DNA from: Amphiscolops sp. MND2022
Lineage: Eukaryota
Reading direction: 5' to 3'
Assembly: GCA_964187785.1 (NCBI GenBank)
Contig: OZ076415.1
Location: forward strand, 5,766,001-5,830,000
DNA: 64,000 nucleotides
The stretch's first letter is position 1. Each line of letters opens with the position of its first letter. Below the pieces are notes generated by a model. That model was not told where the DNA came from and searched no databases. It worked only from the letters and a program-made list of their open reading frames with translations. This document shows positions 50,320 to 62,199 of the stretch, in pieces. A program made the position numbers and the translations under genes.

Positions 50320-52735
50320 AGAGATATTTCGACCAAAGAATGTGGTGGAGGAGTAATGTTGATATTTCCGTCAAGTCTGAATCCTAAAGTGCGAAATGAT
50401 CTGGATTACATGAACAAGAAAAAGTTTGAACGTCTTTGGATAGAATGCAGTGTGAACAATAATTCTGCCAACAAGCAAAAGCAACTCATGAATGTTTCTT
50501 ACAACCCGAACAAAAGTCGATATCATCAATTCCTAGAAGAATTGTCTGTCGGCGTAGATCATGCAATTGTTGAAAATAAACCTTTGACAATTATGGGTGA
50601 CTACAATATTAATTATCTCAACATAAGGGAAAAACGACATTTGGAAACAGTAACTCATCCATATGGCCTGATATTTAGCAACACTGATCAACCTACGAGA
50701 ATAAAGGGTACATCAAAAACATTAGTTAAATATATCATAACGGATCACAGCAATGCTGCATGTTTTACACCTATAGTTATCGACACCCCTCTCCGTACCA
50801 TCGGCAAAAAGCCTATTGATCATTTAGCCACGTCTGTGATAACTAACATTGAAATGATGGAATCAACCAATGTTTTTAGAAAAACGATATTTGATAAGAA
50901 AACCTATAATAAAGAACTAATCCAATATTATGTTCAAAATTGCGATTGGGAGTACTTCTATGGACGAAGTTGTGCAGAAGGACTGTTCTCAATATTCTCA
51001 AATTTCATTGAAAACTCTTTAAACACATTTCATTGAAAACGGTCTTCATGCGAAACGCTAAAAGTAACTTAACATTACATCAGAAATGGGTTACGGAAAA
51101 GACTAAACAACATTACAAACAAATACATCAAAGTATGAATCCTTCTGACGCAAAATATGAATTATTCCATAGCAATTTTATTGAGCGTTTGAACGCTGAT
51201 CGCAATGATTCTCTAACAAAAGTTTTGGCTGATCTATCCAATGATTGAGAAAAATGGAATTTTATAAATGAAGCCAGAAAATCACTGAAAACCAAAACAA
51301 AAATTTCATCTCTGAAAAATGTTTTCGGCGAAACTGTATTAGATCAAACGAAAATTGCAAATCTTCTAAACTATAGATTGTCCAAATTGATTGACTACTT
51401 AGGTGGAATAAAAACGTTCAGTGAGGAACTTATTGATGGTGCAATCAGGAATAAAACCAAACTGCAGTTTATTCCTATTACACCTGTTGAATGTAAGCAA
51501 ATAGTGAGACAATTTAAATCTAACAAACCGCTCGGACCATCAAATAATCCTGCTTGGGCGCTCAAAAATTGTCTCAATATTATAGCTGAAACTCTTACCT
51601 ATTTATTAAACGCATTTTTAGAAGAAGGAAGGTTCCCGAATCATCTTAAGAGAGCAGATGTTGTACCAATACACACAAACGGTGACACCGAAGAACCAAA
51701 CAATTTTAGACCAATCTCAATCACATCGACAATTTCAAAATTTTTTGAAAAGGTAATTCGTAATCAAATTTTTGAATATTTTAATAAACATAACCATTTA
51801 AGTCCTATCCAGTTTGGAATTCGTGCAAAACTCTCAACATTTGATGGCCTTTTGTATGCCACTGAAACTATCAGATCAGATATTACCAACAATAAAATGG
51901 AAGAGGCCGCCTTCCTCGATCTATCAAAAGTTTTTGACCCATGAAATACTTTTGGAAAACCTTAAATGATATCATTTCGACTGTACTGCGATTGCCCTAA
52001 TTAAAAGCTATTTGACTAAACGAACTCAAAAAGTAAATCTTCAAAATACGTCATCAGATTGGATTAGCCTTATCAAGGTGTTCCACAGCGTACCGTATGT
52101 AAAATAATACAATATGCAGACGATATTTTTTTCTTGCAGACAATTTTTCAATACTGCTTAACAACGACTTGAAAATATTATTGCCAAATTAGTTGAATAT
52201 TTCAAAAATCGTAGACTTAATCTCAATGAAGATAAAACCGAATTCATTGTCTTCTGCAAAAATTCCCAGAACAAATAATCAAAAACTCTCAAATTACAAG
52301 TGAAAAATCACTCAACAAGTCTTAGTACTTTTGTAAAGTATCTTAGAGTTTACTTAGACCAAAATCTAACTTACGAAAAGGAAGTAAAACAGTCTTGAAG
52401 AAAATGGCCTTTGGTATTAAAACAATCTATGCAGTGAAACAATTCTTGCCGCAAAAAATTGTCTATTACTTCTTAATGCTCTAGTTTTTAGTCATCTTCA
52501 TTATCCAGCAATATTGGTTCAAATCATTTCACAAAATCTCTTACCAACACTTGAAAAACAATTGAGTTGGGGTGTAAAAGCCTGTTTTAATCGTCAGAAA
52601 CAGGCCTCATCTAGTGATTTGAAATTTAAACAATTTATTTCCAATAAGAATTTTTCTTGACTATAAATAATGTTTTAACTTCTGAAAATATCAAAATAAC
52701 CTACTATCAGCCTTCAGTGTTCATTTCTCAAATAA
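50320..52735 (+). mobile_element. Degraded CR1/L2-group LINE, same family as 14660-17480
   Basis: GGGVML, LWIEC, VSYNPNK, MGDYNINYL, DH (endonuclease); KPLGPSNNP, QFG.R, FLDLSK, QYADD (RT). Confidence 0.85.
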
Positions 52736-55450
52736 AATAGCGAAAAAAAGGAACACCTGGAACATAGAAAAATTGCTGGAGAGATTACCGCTTCAATTAA
52801 TTTTATAATTATTGCATTAGTTTTGTTTTTATTAAAAACCACACTGCCTTTTATAAGGAAACAAAATGATGTCTCTTTTATTTACGGAATTCAGTGCTTT
52901 TTCCAAACAAAATTGAAAAGAGGACCCTTTGAGATTTTTCAACATCCTTTCTGTCGCAAAGCTCCAAAAAATTGGAGGGGGTCCATTTTGGAAAAAAAAT
53001 TTTCCCCGAAGAAAAGTCTCGCAATGCCGAAAACAGTAAAAGGGGGCCGCCTTCCTCGATCTATCAAAAGTTTTTGACCCATGAAATTCTTTTGGAAAAA
53101 CTTGAATGATATCATTTCGACTGTACTGCGATTGCCCTAATTAAAAGCTATTTGACTAAACGAACTCAAAAAGTAAATCTTCAAAATACGTCATCAGATT
53201 GGATTAGCCTTATCAAGGTGTTCCACAGCGTACCGTTCTTGAACCTCTCTTATGCAACCTTGACGTTAACAGTATGCAGAAAATAATTGACGAAACATGT
53301 AAAATAATACAATATGCAGACGATATTTTTTTCTTGCAGACAATTTTTCAATACTGCTTAACAACGACTTGAAAATATTATTGCCAAATTAGTTGAATAT
53401 TTCAAAAATCGTAGACTTAATCTCAATGAAGATAAAACCGAATTCATTGTCTTCTGCAAAAATTCCCAGAACAAATTATCAAAAACTCTCAAATTACAAG
53501 TGAAAAATCACTCAACAAGTCTTAGTACTTTTGTAAAGTATCTTAAGAGTTTACTTAGACCAAAATCTAACTTACGAAAAGGAAGTAAAACATGTCTTGA
53601 AGAAAATGGCCTTTGGTATTAAAACAATCTATGCAGTGAAACAATTCTTGCCGCAAAAAATTGTCTATTACTTCTTAATGCTCTAGTTTTTAGTCATCTT
53701 CATTATCCAGCAATATTGGTTCAAATCATTTCACAAAATCTCTTACCAACACTTGAAAAACAATTGAGTTGGGGTGTAAAAGCCTGTTTTAATCGTCAGA
53801 AACAGGCCTCATCTAGTGATTTGAAATTTAAACAATTTATTTCCAATAAGAATTTTTCTTGACTATAAATAATGTTTTAACTTCTGAAAATATCAAAATA
53901 ACCTACTATCAGCCTTCAGTGTTCATTTCTCAAATAAAATAGCGAAAAAAAGGAACACCTGGAACATAGAAAAATTGCTGGAGAGATTACCGCTTCAATT
54001 AATTTTATAATTATTGCATTAGTTTTGTTTTTATTAAAAACCACACTGCCTTTTATAAGGAAACAAAATGATGTCTCTTTTATTTACGGAATTCAGTGCT
54101 TTTTCCAAACAAAATTGAAAAGAGGACCCTTTGAGATTTTTCAACATCCTTTCTGTCGCAAAGCTCCAAAAAATTGGAGGGGGTCCATTTTGGAAAAAAA
54201 ATTTTCCCCGAAGAAAAGTCTCGCAATGCCGAAAACAGTAAAAGGGGGCCGCCTTCCTCGATCTATCAAAAGTTTTTGACCCATGAAATTCTTTTGGAAA
54301 AACTTGAATGATATCATTTCGACTGTACTGCGATTGCCCTAATTAAAAGCTATTTGACTAAACGAACTCAAAAAGTAAATCTTCAAAATACGTCATCAGA
54401 TTGGATTAGCCTTATCAAGGTGTTCCACAGCGTACCGTTCTTGAACCTCTCTTATGCAACCTTGGCGTTAACAGTATGCAGAAAATAATTGACGAAACAT
54501 GTAAAATAATACAATATGCAGACGATATTTTTTTCTTGCAGACGATTTTTCAATACTGCTTAACAACGACTTGAAAATATTATTGCCAAATTAGTTGAAT
54601 ATTTCAAAAATCGTAGACTTAATCTCAATGAAGATAAAACCGAATTCATTGTCTTCTGCAAAAATTCCCAGAACAAATTATCAAAAACTCTCAAATTACA
54701 AGTGAAAAATCACTCAACAAGTCTTAGTACTTTTGTAAAGTATCTTAAGAGTTTACTTAGACCAAAATCTAACTTACGAAAAGGAAGTAAAACATGTCTT
54801 GAAGAAAATGGCCTTTGGTATTAAAACAATCTATGCAGTGAAACAATTCTTGCCGCAAAAAATTGTCTATTACTTCTTAATGCTCTAGTTTTTAGTCATC
54901 TTCATTATCCAGCAATATTGGTTCAAATCATTTCACAAAATCTCTTACCAACACTTGAAAAACAATTGAGTTGGGGTGTAAAAGCCTGTTTTAATCGTCA
55001 GAAACAGGCCTCATCTAGTGATTTGAAATTTAAACAATTTATTTCCAATAAGAATTTTTCTTGACTATAAATAATGTTTTAACTTCTGAAAATATCAAAA
55101 TAACCTACTATCAGCCTTCAGTGTTCATTTCTCAAATAAAATAGCGAAAAAAAGGAACACCTGGAACATAGAAAAATTGCTGGAGAGATTACCGCTTCAA
55201 TTAATTTTATAATTATTGCATTAGTTTTGTTTTTTATTAAAAACCACACTGCCTTTTATAAGGAAACAAAATGATGTCTCTTTTATCTACGGAATTCAGT
55301 GCTTTTTCCAAACAAAATTGAAAAGAGGACCCTTTGAGATTTTTCAACATCCTTTCTGTCGCAAAGCTCCAAAAAATTGGAGGGGGTCCATTTTGGAAAA
55401 AAAAATTTCCCCGAAGAAAAGTCTCGCAATGCCGAAAACAGTAAAAGGGG
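51905..55450 (+). repeat. Tandem triplication of a ~1.2-kb unit (LINE 3' half + Helentron-like fragment)
   Basis: Unit starts GGCCGCCTTCCTCG at 51905, 53045 and 54247; periods 1140 (unit 1 has a ~62-bp deletion) and 1202; units 2 and 3 differ at only a few bases. Confidence 0.95.
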
Positions 55451-55657
55451 GACCCTTTGGTCTGGTCCGGTATCAGATATTACGAATAAAACCTGTTTGG
55501 TTCAGTTGCCTGGGCCAACAGGGGCAATTTGAAACTTAGTAGAATTTTTCATAGAACTATTTTGATCACTTCAGGTGAATCGAAAAAAAAATTTTAAACA
55601 CTGACGGAAAGCCATAACTATAGTCGGCTATTTTCAGGAAAAGGCGCCGACTAAAAA
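55140..55657 (+). mobile_element. 3' portion of a Helentron/DINE-like element (its internal part is repeated in the triplication)
   Basis: GCCGAAAA..AAAGGGGGACCCTTTGGTC core shared with 34600-34645; end hairpin AGTCGGC...AGGCGCCGACTAAAAA. Start approximate. Confidence 0.6.
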
Positions 55658-55725
55658 TTGGAAAGCATCGACGAATCTTATCGAGGGATTAGCTGCTTAT
55701 AAAGCAATGCTAACAATCTACCTAC

Positions 55726-56740
55726 CTTTGAAGCGAATTTCTGTTAGAAAGGACACTTCTCCCCATTGTAGTTCACAGAAATCGTAGATGATAAAACAAC
55801 TCTCAGCACCACATGTAATTATGCACTGGAAGGTATTGAAGAGACTGGCATCATCGGTGGTTCCAATTTTGTACCAAGTCACCACGTATGCGAACTCAGC
55901 CAGGAACGAACGATCTCCTTGACTAATGAACGAATTGATAACATTCAAATCAGATTCTTCTCTCGTTTCCCTCTTGAGAACATTTCCTGCCAAGTTGACA
56001 TATTTAGTTGAGTTTTCACCGAGCAACAGTCGCGATATTTCATCGTCGACGGTGATATCCAAATTATGTAGGGGCGTTTTCATAATCTTTTCATTCCATT
56101 CAACTACAGCTGCTAACTTTTGATCGTCACTGATTCCATACGTACTGAGAAGAGGGAAACTTGAAGTTGGGTTCTCTCTACTGAGAATTTGTGAACAAAC
56201 GTCATTGAAATAACTCTCTGCTGAATAGAACTCAAGTGAGTAAAGGCAAGAATAGTCAAAAAACTCGATTGTAGTTTCATACCCATAATAATTTCTGTGA
56301 ATCAAAAGAGGAGCGATTACAATTGTATCCGATGAAAACGTGCCTGTTTCTAAGAGGTTGTAACTTGTTTCCTCTCGATGCGTGAAACTTAAATATCCAT
56401 CTTCGCATATCAAAGCGAAACCAGCAGATTTCCCCCAACACAGTCAATTTTCGTCCCAAAATTTTAGGTTGTGAACACTTGTTTCCTCTGGATATGTATT
56501 TGTCGCCGGACTGGGGTCCAAACCTGAGCAAGAACGGTTCATCTGGTTCGTATTCATTGAAAGCATGAACTGTTGTGTCACTGACATTAAAGATAACATT
56601 GTTATCTTCTCGTAGAATTTGACTGGTGCTGTCGTTTTGGTTCAGTTCATAAACCCACACGCCTTTTACCCCAATGTTGCTTTTCCTCATCAGAAGATCG
56701 GCTTCAAAATTCGTCGGCAAACACTGAATTGGTATTTCCT
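55726..56740 (-). CDS. Host gene exon 2: end of NIDO-1 + most of NIDO-2 (one apparent 1-nt insertion in G5 run 56432-56436)
   Basis: Acceptor ttgtttcAG|AG. Begins with the NIDO C-terminal motif LLMRKSNIGVKGVWVYEL, then PFLLRFGPQSGD, IAPL, KYVNLAGNV, YVVTWYK, NTFQCIITCG, FIIYD. Donor AAA G|GTAGGT (phase 1). Length 1015 = 3n+1; removing one G restores the frame. Confidence 0.8.
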
Positions 56741-57633
56741 CTGAAACAAATGCTTGATATTTTTTCTTCAAATTTCAACCTCGGAGGTTTTGCTGAAGAA
56801 GCCACTGCACAGATCAGTTTCTTTGATTGCTTTTTTTATCCCTCAATAATTAAGTACTTAACACGCAATTCATCAACACTTATTTTTCAATGTTTCAATA
56901 ATCACTTCGGGTTCCGGTGAATTTCAACTGTTGCAAATTTTTACACAGACCAATTTTAACTTCTACATATGAGACAAAAAACAAGAGTTCCTTGACGTGG
57001 CCAAAAAACTCAATACATGATAAAAACATTTTTTATGAGAACTTCTCCCTTAGGGAACAACTCCAAAATCATGCAAAAACGATACCATGAAAGATGAAAT
57101 CAAGCATTATGCCGTCCAGGTAAAGGTCTCAATTATTATAAAATTCTTAAGGCAACCATTATCTGAGATATTTGGCATAAAGGCATTGCTCCGTTGAAAC
57201 TAGTCAAGGTTTACTCTAGAATCAGCGTATCCAGAAACAGAGTCAACAAACACATATAAACTTACTGAAGAGTTTTGAAACAAAGTGACTAAAAACCTCA
57301 GAAGTGCAGTTATGCCAAAATCAATTTCGTCATTTTAGCTTCATTTCCCCTTAAGTGATCGGAAATGGAGAATCAATGCCAAAGCCAAAAGTTCTTTTGG
57401 GAAATCGAAAAATAAATGTTTTGGAGTCGTAGATTTTTCGAAAAATGTTTCAATTTTCCTATGCACAGAAGGTATATTCAACATTATCTCCATTGGAACA
57501 AAATAACTGTTCTTCAAAACAAACTTTTTGGTCATTTTTAACTACCGAGTTTGGATTTGAAATACTTGATTATCTAGTGAAAAATTTCTTCAATCGTCAA
57601 CGTACCCGCACCGAGATCAATTTGTATACTTAC

Positions 57634-58629
57634 TTCGATCGGTCATGAAGCCACAGTGTTGCTCTAAAAATTGGGCATTGACAAGTTGCCACCTTGACAA
57701 TCCAGTGGTCTCGAAATAGTTGAAAATTACGAAACACCTGCCAGAGATGTCGCCCTCTTCGCTGCACACAATAATCATCTGGAAGCTGACTGAACACTCG
57801 TAAAAATAATAGCCAGTGACCACTCCAGTTGACGAATCGCAGTGTCTGACCCGAATCTTATACCATGTAACAACGAGCGACCACTGACCGACAAAGTTTT
57901 CACTGTTTTCCATTGTCATCCTTTGTTCAAGATTTCCAAATCTTCACCGGAAGTGATCCGCCGTGAGAAAATATTGTCGGCCAAGTTCACATATTTGGTT
58001 GAGTTCTGTCCAAAAAACCTAAGCGCTACTTCGTCATCTTTGTGGATGATTGTCGCCAGATCACTCTTTGTCAAATCCCTTTCATGCAGTTCTTTGAATA
58101 TTTCCATTGGCTCCTCAGCAGCCGTGACCTTGTCCGGTCGGAAATCACGTGAAAAGTATTGATACAGAGTTCCAGCTGGGTGAAAATACTCTTCGTACAT
58201 TTCCATGCACCAAAACTGGTTTCCATAAAAGGAGTTTTCTTCAACCGAGTACAAACACCTGTAATCGAGAAAACGATTTTCAAGTCTGTGCAGAGCTAGA
58301 AAAGGTGCAACGATGGGATAGTCGATTGCCTGAAAGTCAGGAAAATCATTCCATTCCCAGTAGGTAGGAGTTTGCACAAACAGTTCACCTGGTAAATTGA
58401 ATTTGATCACGCCGTTCAAGCAAACGTAAGCTTTCTCAACTCTTGAGTTCCCAATTTTGAAACTCTGCTCCAAATCCATTGCCAGAGAACAACCCTCCCT
58501 GCTTGCGAAAGCATCCCCGTGTTTGGGGCCAAAGGGTAGCAGAAAAGGGTCGTCCATGTCGGGAATAGAAGCAGCATATCCACAAGTAACACACAAAAAA
58601 ATTGTCTGGAGGAATGAAAAAGTATGCAT
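57634..58629 (-). CDS. Host gene exon 1: signal peptide + NIDO-like domain 1 (one apparent 1-nt frameshift near 57920)
   Basis: ATG at 58629, hydrophobic leader MHTFSFLQTIFLCVTCGYA. NIDO-type motifs PFLLPFGPKHGD, AYVCLNGVIKF, IVAPF, WSLVVTWYK, SFQMII, CFVIFNY. Canonical donor CGA A|GTAAGT (phase 1). ORFs 57916-58629 and 57617-57919 join if 1 nt is added; exon length 996 is 1 short of 3n+1. Confidence 0.8.
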
Positions 58630-60249
58630 TGTGGAGAATATGTGGAAGTTGCTGAGGTTTTCGCGCTGAATATCAGCAAAAGAGGAACCAAACTTTACAT
58701 CGATTTTGGAATTTGTTCTTAAGGTGAATCTTGTGTGGTAAAACTCAAAGCATGAAACAGTGGCGATTCAATTGAATAAATTATTACTGTTGTAAATTAC
58801 TTCCTGAAAAAGAATTGAAATTCATCTTTAGCTTGAATTGTAAGAATTTGGAGATATGATGCAAAATAGAGAAATATAAGAGAAAATTCCGATGGTTCAA
58901 AGATTCATAAACACGCAGTAATCACTGTTGATTAAAAAGAAGGGGGCATTCTCGATCAAATCAAAAGAATGTTCAAGCAGTTCTGTTGCAATTTCTGTCA
59001 CAAAGCGAAGAGTAAAAATGAAATGAGAAAAATTTCGAGCCGATTGAAAAGTCTGTGTGTGTTTTCTCGGTTAGTTTTATTCGATTTTGAAGCTCAAGAA
59101 AGAGTGCAGAATGTTTCAGCTTCAATCATACAAAACCATATCGTATTCAGATCGTTGTTTTTGAAAGCTGAACATTTTTTGTCAATCAAAGTCTTTCAAA
59201 GCAGCCGAATTTGTCCAAGAATAGAAACCAGTGTTGCAATTAAGTAATCACATTTTAAATGAACACGAAACATGCGCAAGTTATTTCTTCTTGTACTATA
59301 AATATATTCTAGTCATTCTAGTTGATGCAAAAGTTATCTGACGTCACAAAATGCATGTTTTTATATGGAAGAAAAGGACTTTTATTGTGAGAAAAGAAGA
59401 AACTTTCAACTTCTGATTTCAACTTCTGATTTCAACTTCTGACAAATAACGTGAGCGGAAAACTCGTCAATAACAACTAGTCAAAAGTGTGGAAAACACT
59501 ACATCGAAATTGAAAAATGAGAACTGGTCAAAACTGGAAATCACGAAGTCTTAAGCAATGATAATTATGGAACACATTTCGTTAATTGAGTTGTAAATTT
59601 ACCCAAAAAATTCTTTTTCAATTGCATAAAAACTTAATGACACGTCAAAAGCAAATCCAAACCTATTTCGAACTCGTTGCAAGAGGCAATCAGTTTCTCT
59701 TGAAGCTGGTAAAAACTGGTACCATGGCTTTTGTCATCTTATTAGCGTCCTCTACTAGGTTTACGCTCCATTTTCAAAATTAATTACAGATCGCAATCCG
59801 AAGTAAAAAGGTACAGCTTCACTGACGAAAAAACGATAATGAAGAATCCTTTAATACCTGCCACAGCAAAAAGTCCATGAAAGCTTTTCGCCAATATAGC
59901 ATGTACAATCGAAACAAAACTCCAAAAATTTTCGGGGAAACTTTTCCTACTGCAACCACCAGAATAATTTCATGATGTTGAACAAGATTCAAACGTTGTG
60001 AGAAACGTAAGTCTTTGATAATTCAGGTTTCAATTATTTGACAAAATTAGAGCACCTTTCATTTGATGCGAGCAGCAATAAATGATTGATAAAAAACAAC
60101 ATATTATTAAAATTTTTGTGAACTGGAGTCCTTAAGAGATTCTTTATATGATTTTCTGCATCTTAAGCGAAGTACTGTCTCTATTTGATTGGAGACACTG
60201 TAAATGTAGTGTTTGTTTGTAACTGTAAAACAAACTAAATGGTCGGTCC

Positions 60250-61060
60250 GTTTTTTCACTCAGGTCTCATTGTTTACAAAGAGATTGTCGTTAACAAAAA
60301 TTGAATTATGAAAAACTTTTGGGTGACTTTATTGGTGGTATCTGTGGATGCCTATTTGAGGAAAGTGTGTTAAATTGGGTAAAGTTGCGGGGGGGTAGGA
60401 TTGGGAATGTTTTCTTTGGTTTGCAAGGCAGGATAATAATGAGCTAAAGATGGATGAGGTGGGGAAATGTGAGTATTTGGAGTTGATGTTAAAGGTACTG
60501 CGGATCGATGCATTGAAAATTAGATTTTTAGTTTCAATAATTTTGCCTCAAATAAAATTGGAGACTTGTTAGATTTAGAGTTAGGGAAAATTGGGGAGTC
60601 TTCATGACTATCAGAATCAGATTCAAGAATGTTAATCAGAGCTTGAGTGATAGTTGCAAAAACCTCGATTGAAAGTTATTTGAAAGATTAGGAATCTATT
60701 GAAGGTGAAGTAAGAGATTGAAAACCTTTTGCTTTGAACACAATTTGACTGATTGATATTGCATAGGCGAGAGTGATCAAAAATTTTCAAGCCGGATTCG
60801 AGAAGAAAAAAATTGGAGGGCTGTCAGGAAAAGAACTCGACAGTAGTCAATGCAATATCAACAAGACAAACGCTGAGCAGCGAGATAAATTCCGCCCCAA
60901 ACTGTTCTATAACTACATAAATTTGAGGCTCAAGAATAGCCACAACACTATGAAAAAAAGTTCGAAGAAAAAAGCTTTGATTCATCTTAGTCCAGTTTTA
61001 AAGGCAACACCTAATTTATCATTTCTGCAATAGCTGCCCACATTTTCTATTTTAAGCACT
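60250..61060 (-). mobile_element. Possible fragment of an A/B-family internal region (composition only)
   Basis: C/A-rich degenerate coding-like sequence on the minus strand, similar in style to the 3' regions of A and B; no diagnostic motif. Confidence 0.2.
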
Positions 61061-62199
61061 ATGCGACTCACCGCGTGAGGGAAACTTTTGGAAGACAATT
61101 TTCGAAAAACATTTTCCACAAATTTTAGTTTTTGAGGTTTTCTGTAAAGGAAATAAGTTTTCCGAGTCTTCGGGGGGACCTCTTTGTTACTTTTGATACT
61201 TTGGAACTGATGAGTTTTTTTATGATTGTGGAAAATACCTCTTGTCATTTTTGTTTTCGAGTCATTCTCAAGTTTTCTTCCTACGTGGGAAAGTGCAAAA
61301 ACATTTTCCCATTGAAGTTTTACTCCATATCTAGTGATTTTGCTTGGAGGTTTTTGAATATTGAATATTTCAAAAATGAGGTCGAAAAAAATTTTACGTT
61401 TTCAAATAAATTTTTTGAAAATTGTGCACAAACCCTTGTGTGATATCTTTCCGAAACACTACCGGCAGTTACACGTTTCAATCCTGAGACTATGAGTTTT
61501 CTGATTGAAAAAAAATTTCGGAAAGGTTCCAAAATTGTTACTTGATTGTCGAAAATTGAGAAAATTCGGAAATTCTGACATCTTTGATGCAAACTCGAAC
61601 TTTATCGTACTTTTTTTCCCAAATTGCGTTTTGAATACTTTATTGTTTCAACGTTCAGGCGAATGGAATTTCTATTCCACAAAACTTTCGTGGTTTGAAC
61701 AAAAATTTGCAATAATTTGTCAAAAAACGAGCTTTTTTGACGTTTGTTGGATTTAGGGGAGTTTTTGAGGCGAATTCCAAAAAATTGCAGTTAAAACTTC
61801 AAAAATGCCTACTGGATACCGGGATTAGTCATTACTGAGTTTTTTAAACCTCTTTATGCAAGAAGTAGCTTAAAAATTGTACAAAAAAACTGCATAAAAT
61901 GTTTTTAAAAATGAAACTTCTCTTTTTGCATTATTTGGGTCCTTCTGAGGAAACTTTTTGCCATGAATTATGCTAATTTCTTTTCCAAAATGTTTCTAAC
62001 TGTGCTGCGGTCCTAATTTTACCATATTAAATTTTTGGAAGCGTTTATCTTTATAATTTTTCAATGTACTGCATAGCTTTCGGTTTTTTCAAACCTTAGT
62101 TTTTTCAAAGCCTAATACGAAAGCTCTCGGAAAATGTACAAAAATTGCATTAAAACGACAAAAACAAAATTTACCGACGTTTTCTATCGAGTCAATTTG

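Larger units (their letters stand above)
39358..50320 (+). mobile_element. Rearranged Gypsy element B, relative of A (putative 5' LTR 39358-39601, inverted ORF0-gag, integrase, env, 3' region); no 3' LTR found
   Basis: LTR/PBS junction GCAGCACA-ATTTGTGC as in A; integrase DTKG...HYFVVIDGFSH at ~43470-43540; env RAKARRLKA..YEAY and FGYLCYILTQRG.YFST. Both outer boundaries approximate. Confidence 0.75.

Noticed and set aside
52823-55539. Repeated 84-aa ORF (MFLLKTTLPF...) as a multicopy gene
   Set aside because: Chance frame across a non-coding repeat and the duplication junction; repeated only because the DNA is triplicated.
50100-55700. 3' LTR of element B
   Set aside because: No repeat of 39358-39601 found, so the 5' LTR start and TSD of B remain unconfirmed.
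26317-58629. Four independent intronless NIDO genes, as the ORF track suggests
   Set aside because: Three lack a true ATG and signal peptide, all end without the NIDO C-terminal motif, and phase-matched splice sites join them.
59404-59442. 13-bp x3 tandem repeat (TTTCAACTTCTGA) ~780 bp upstream of the ATG, as a promoter element
   Set aside because: Real repeat, but no evidence of function; simple slippage explains it.
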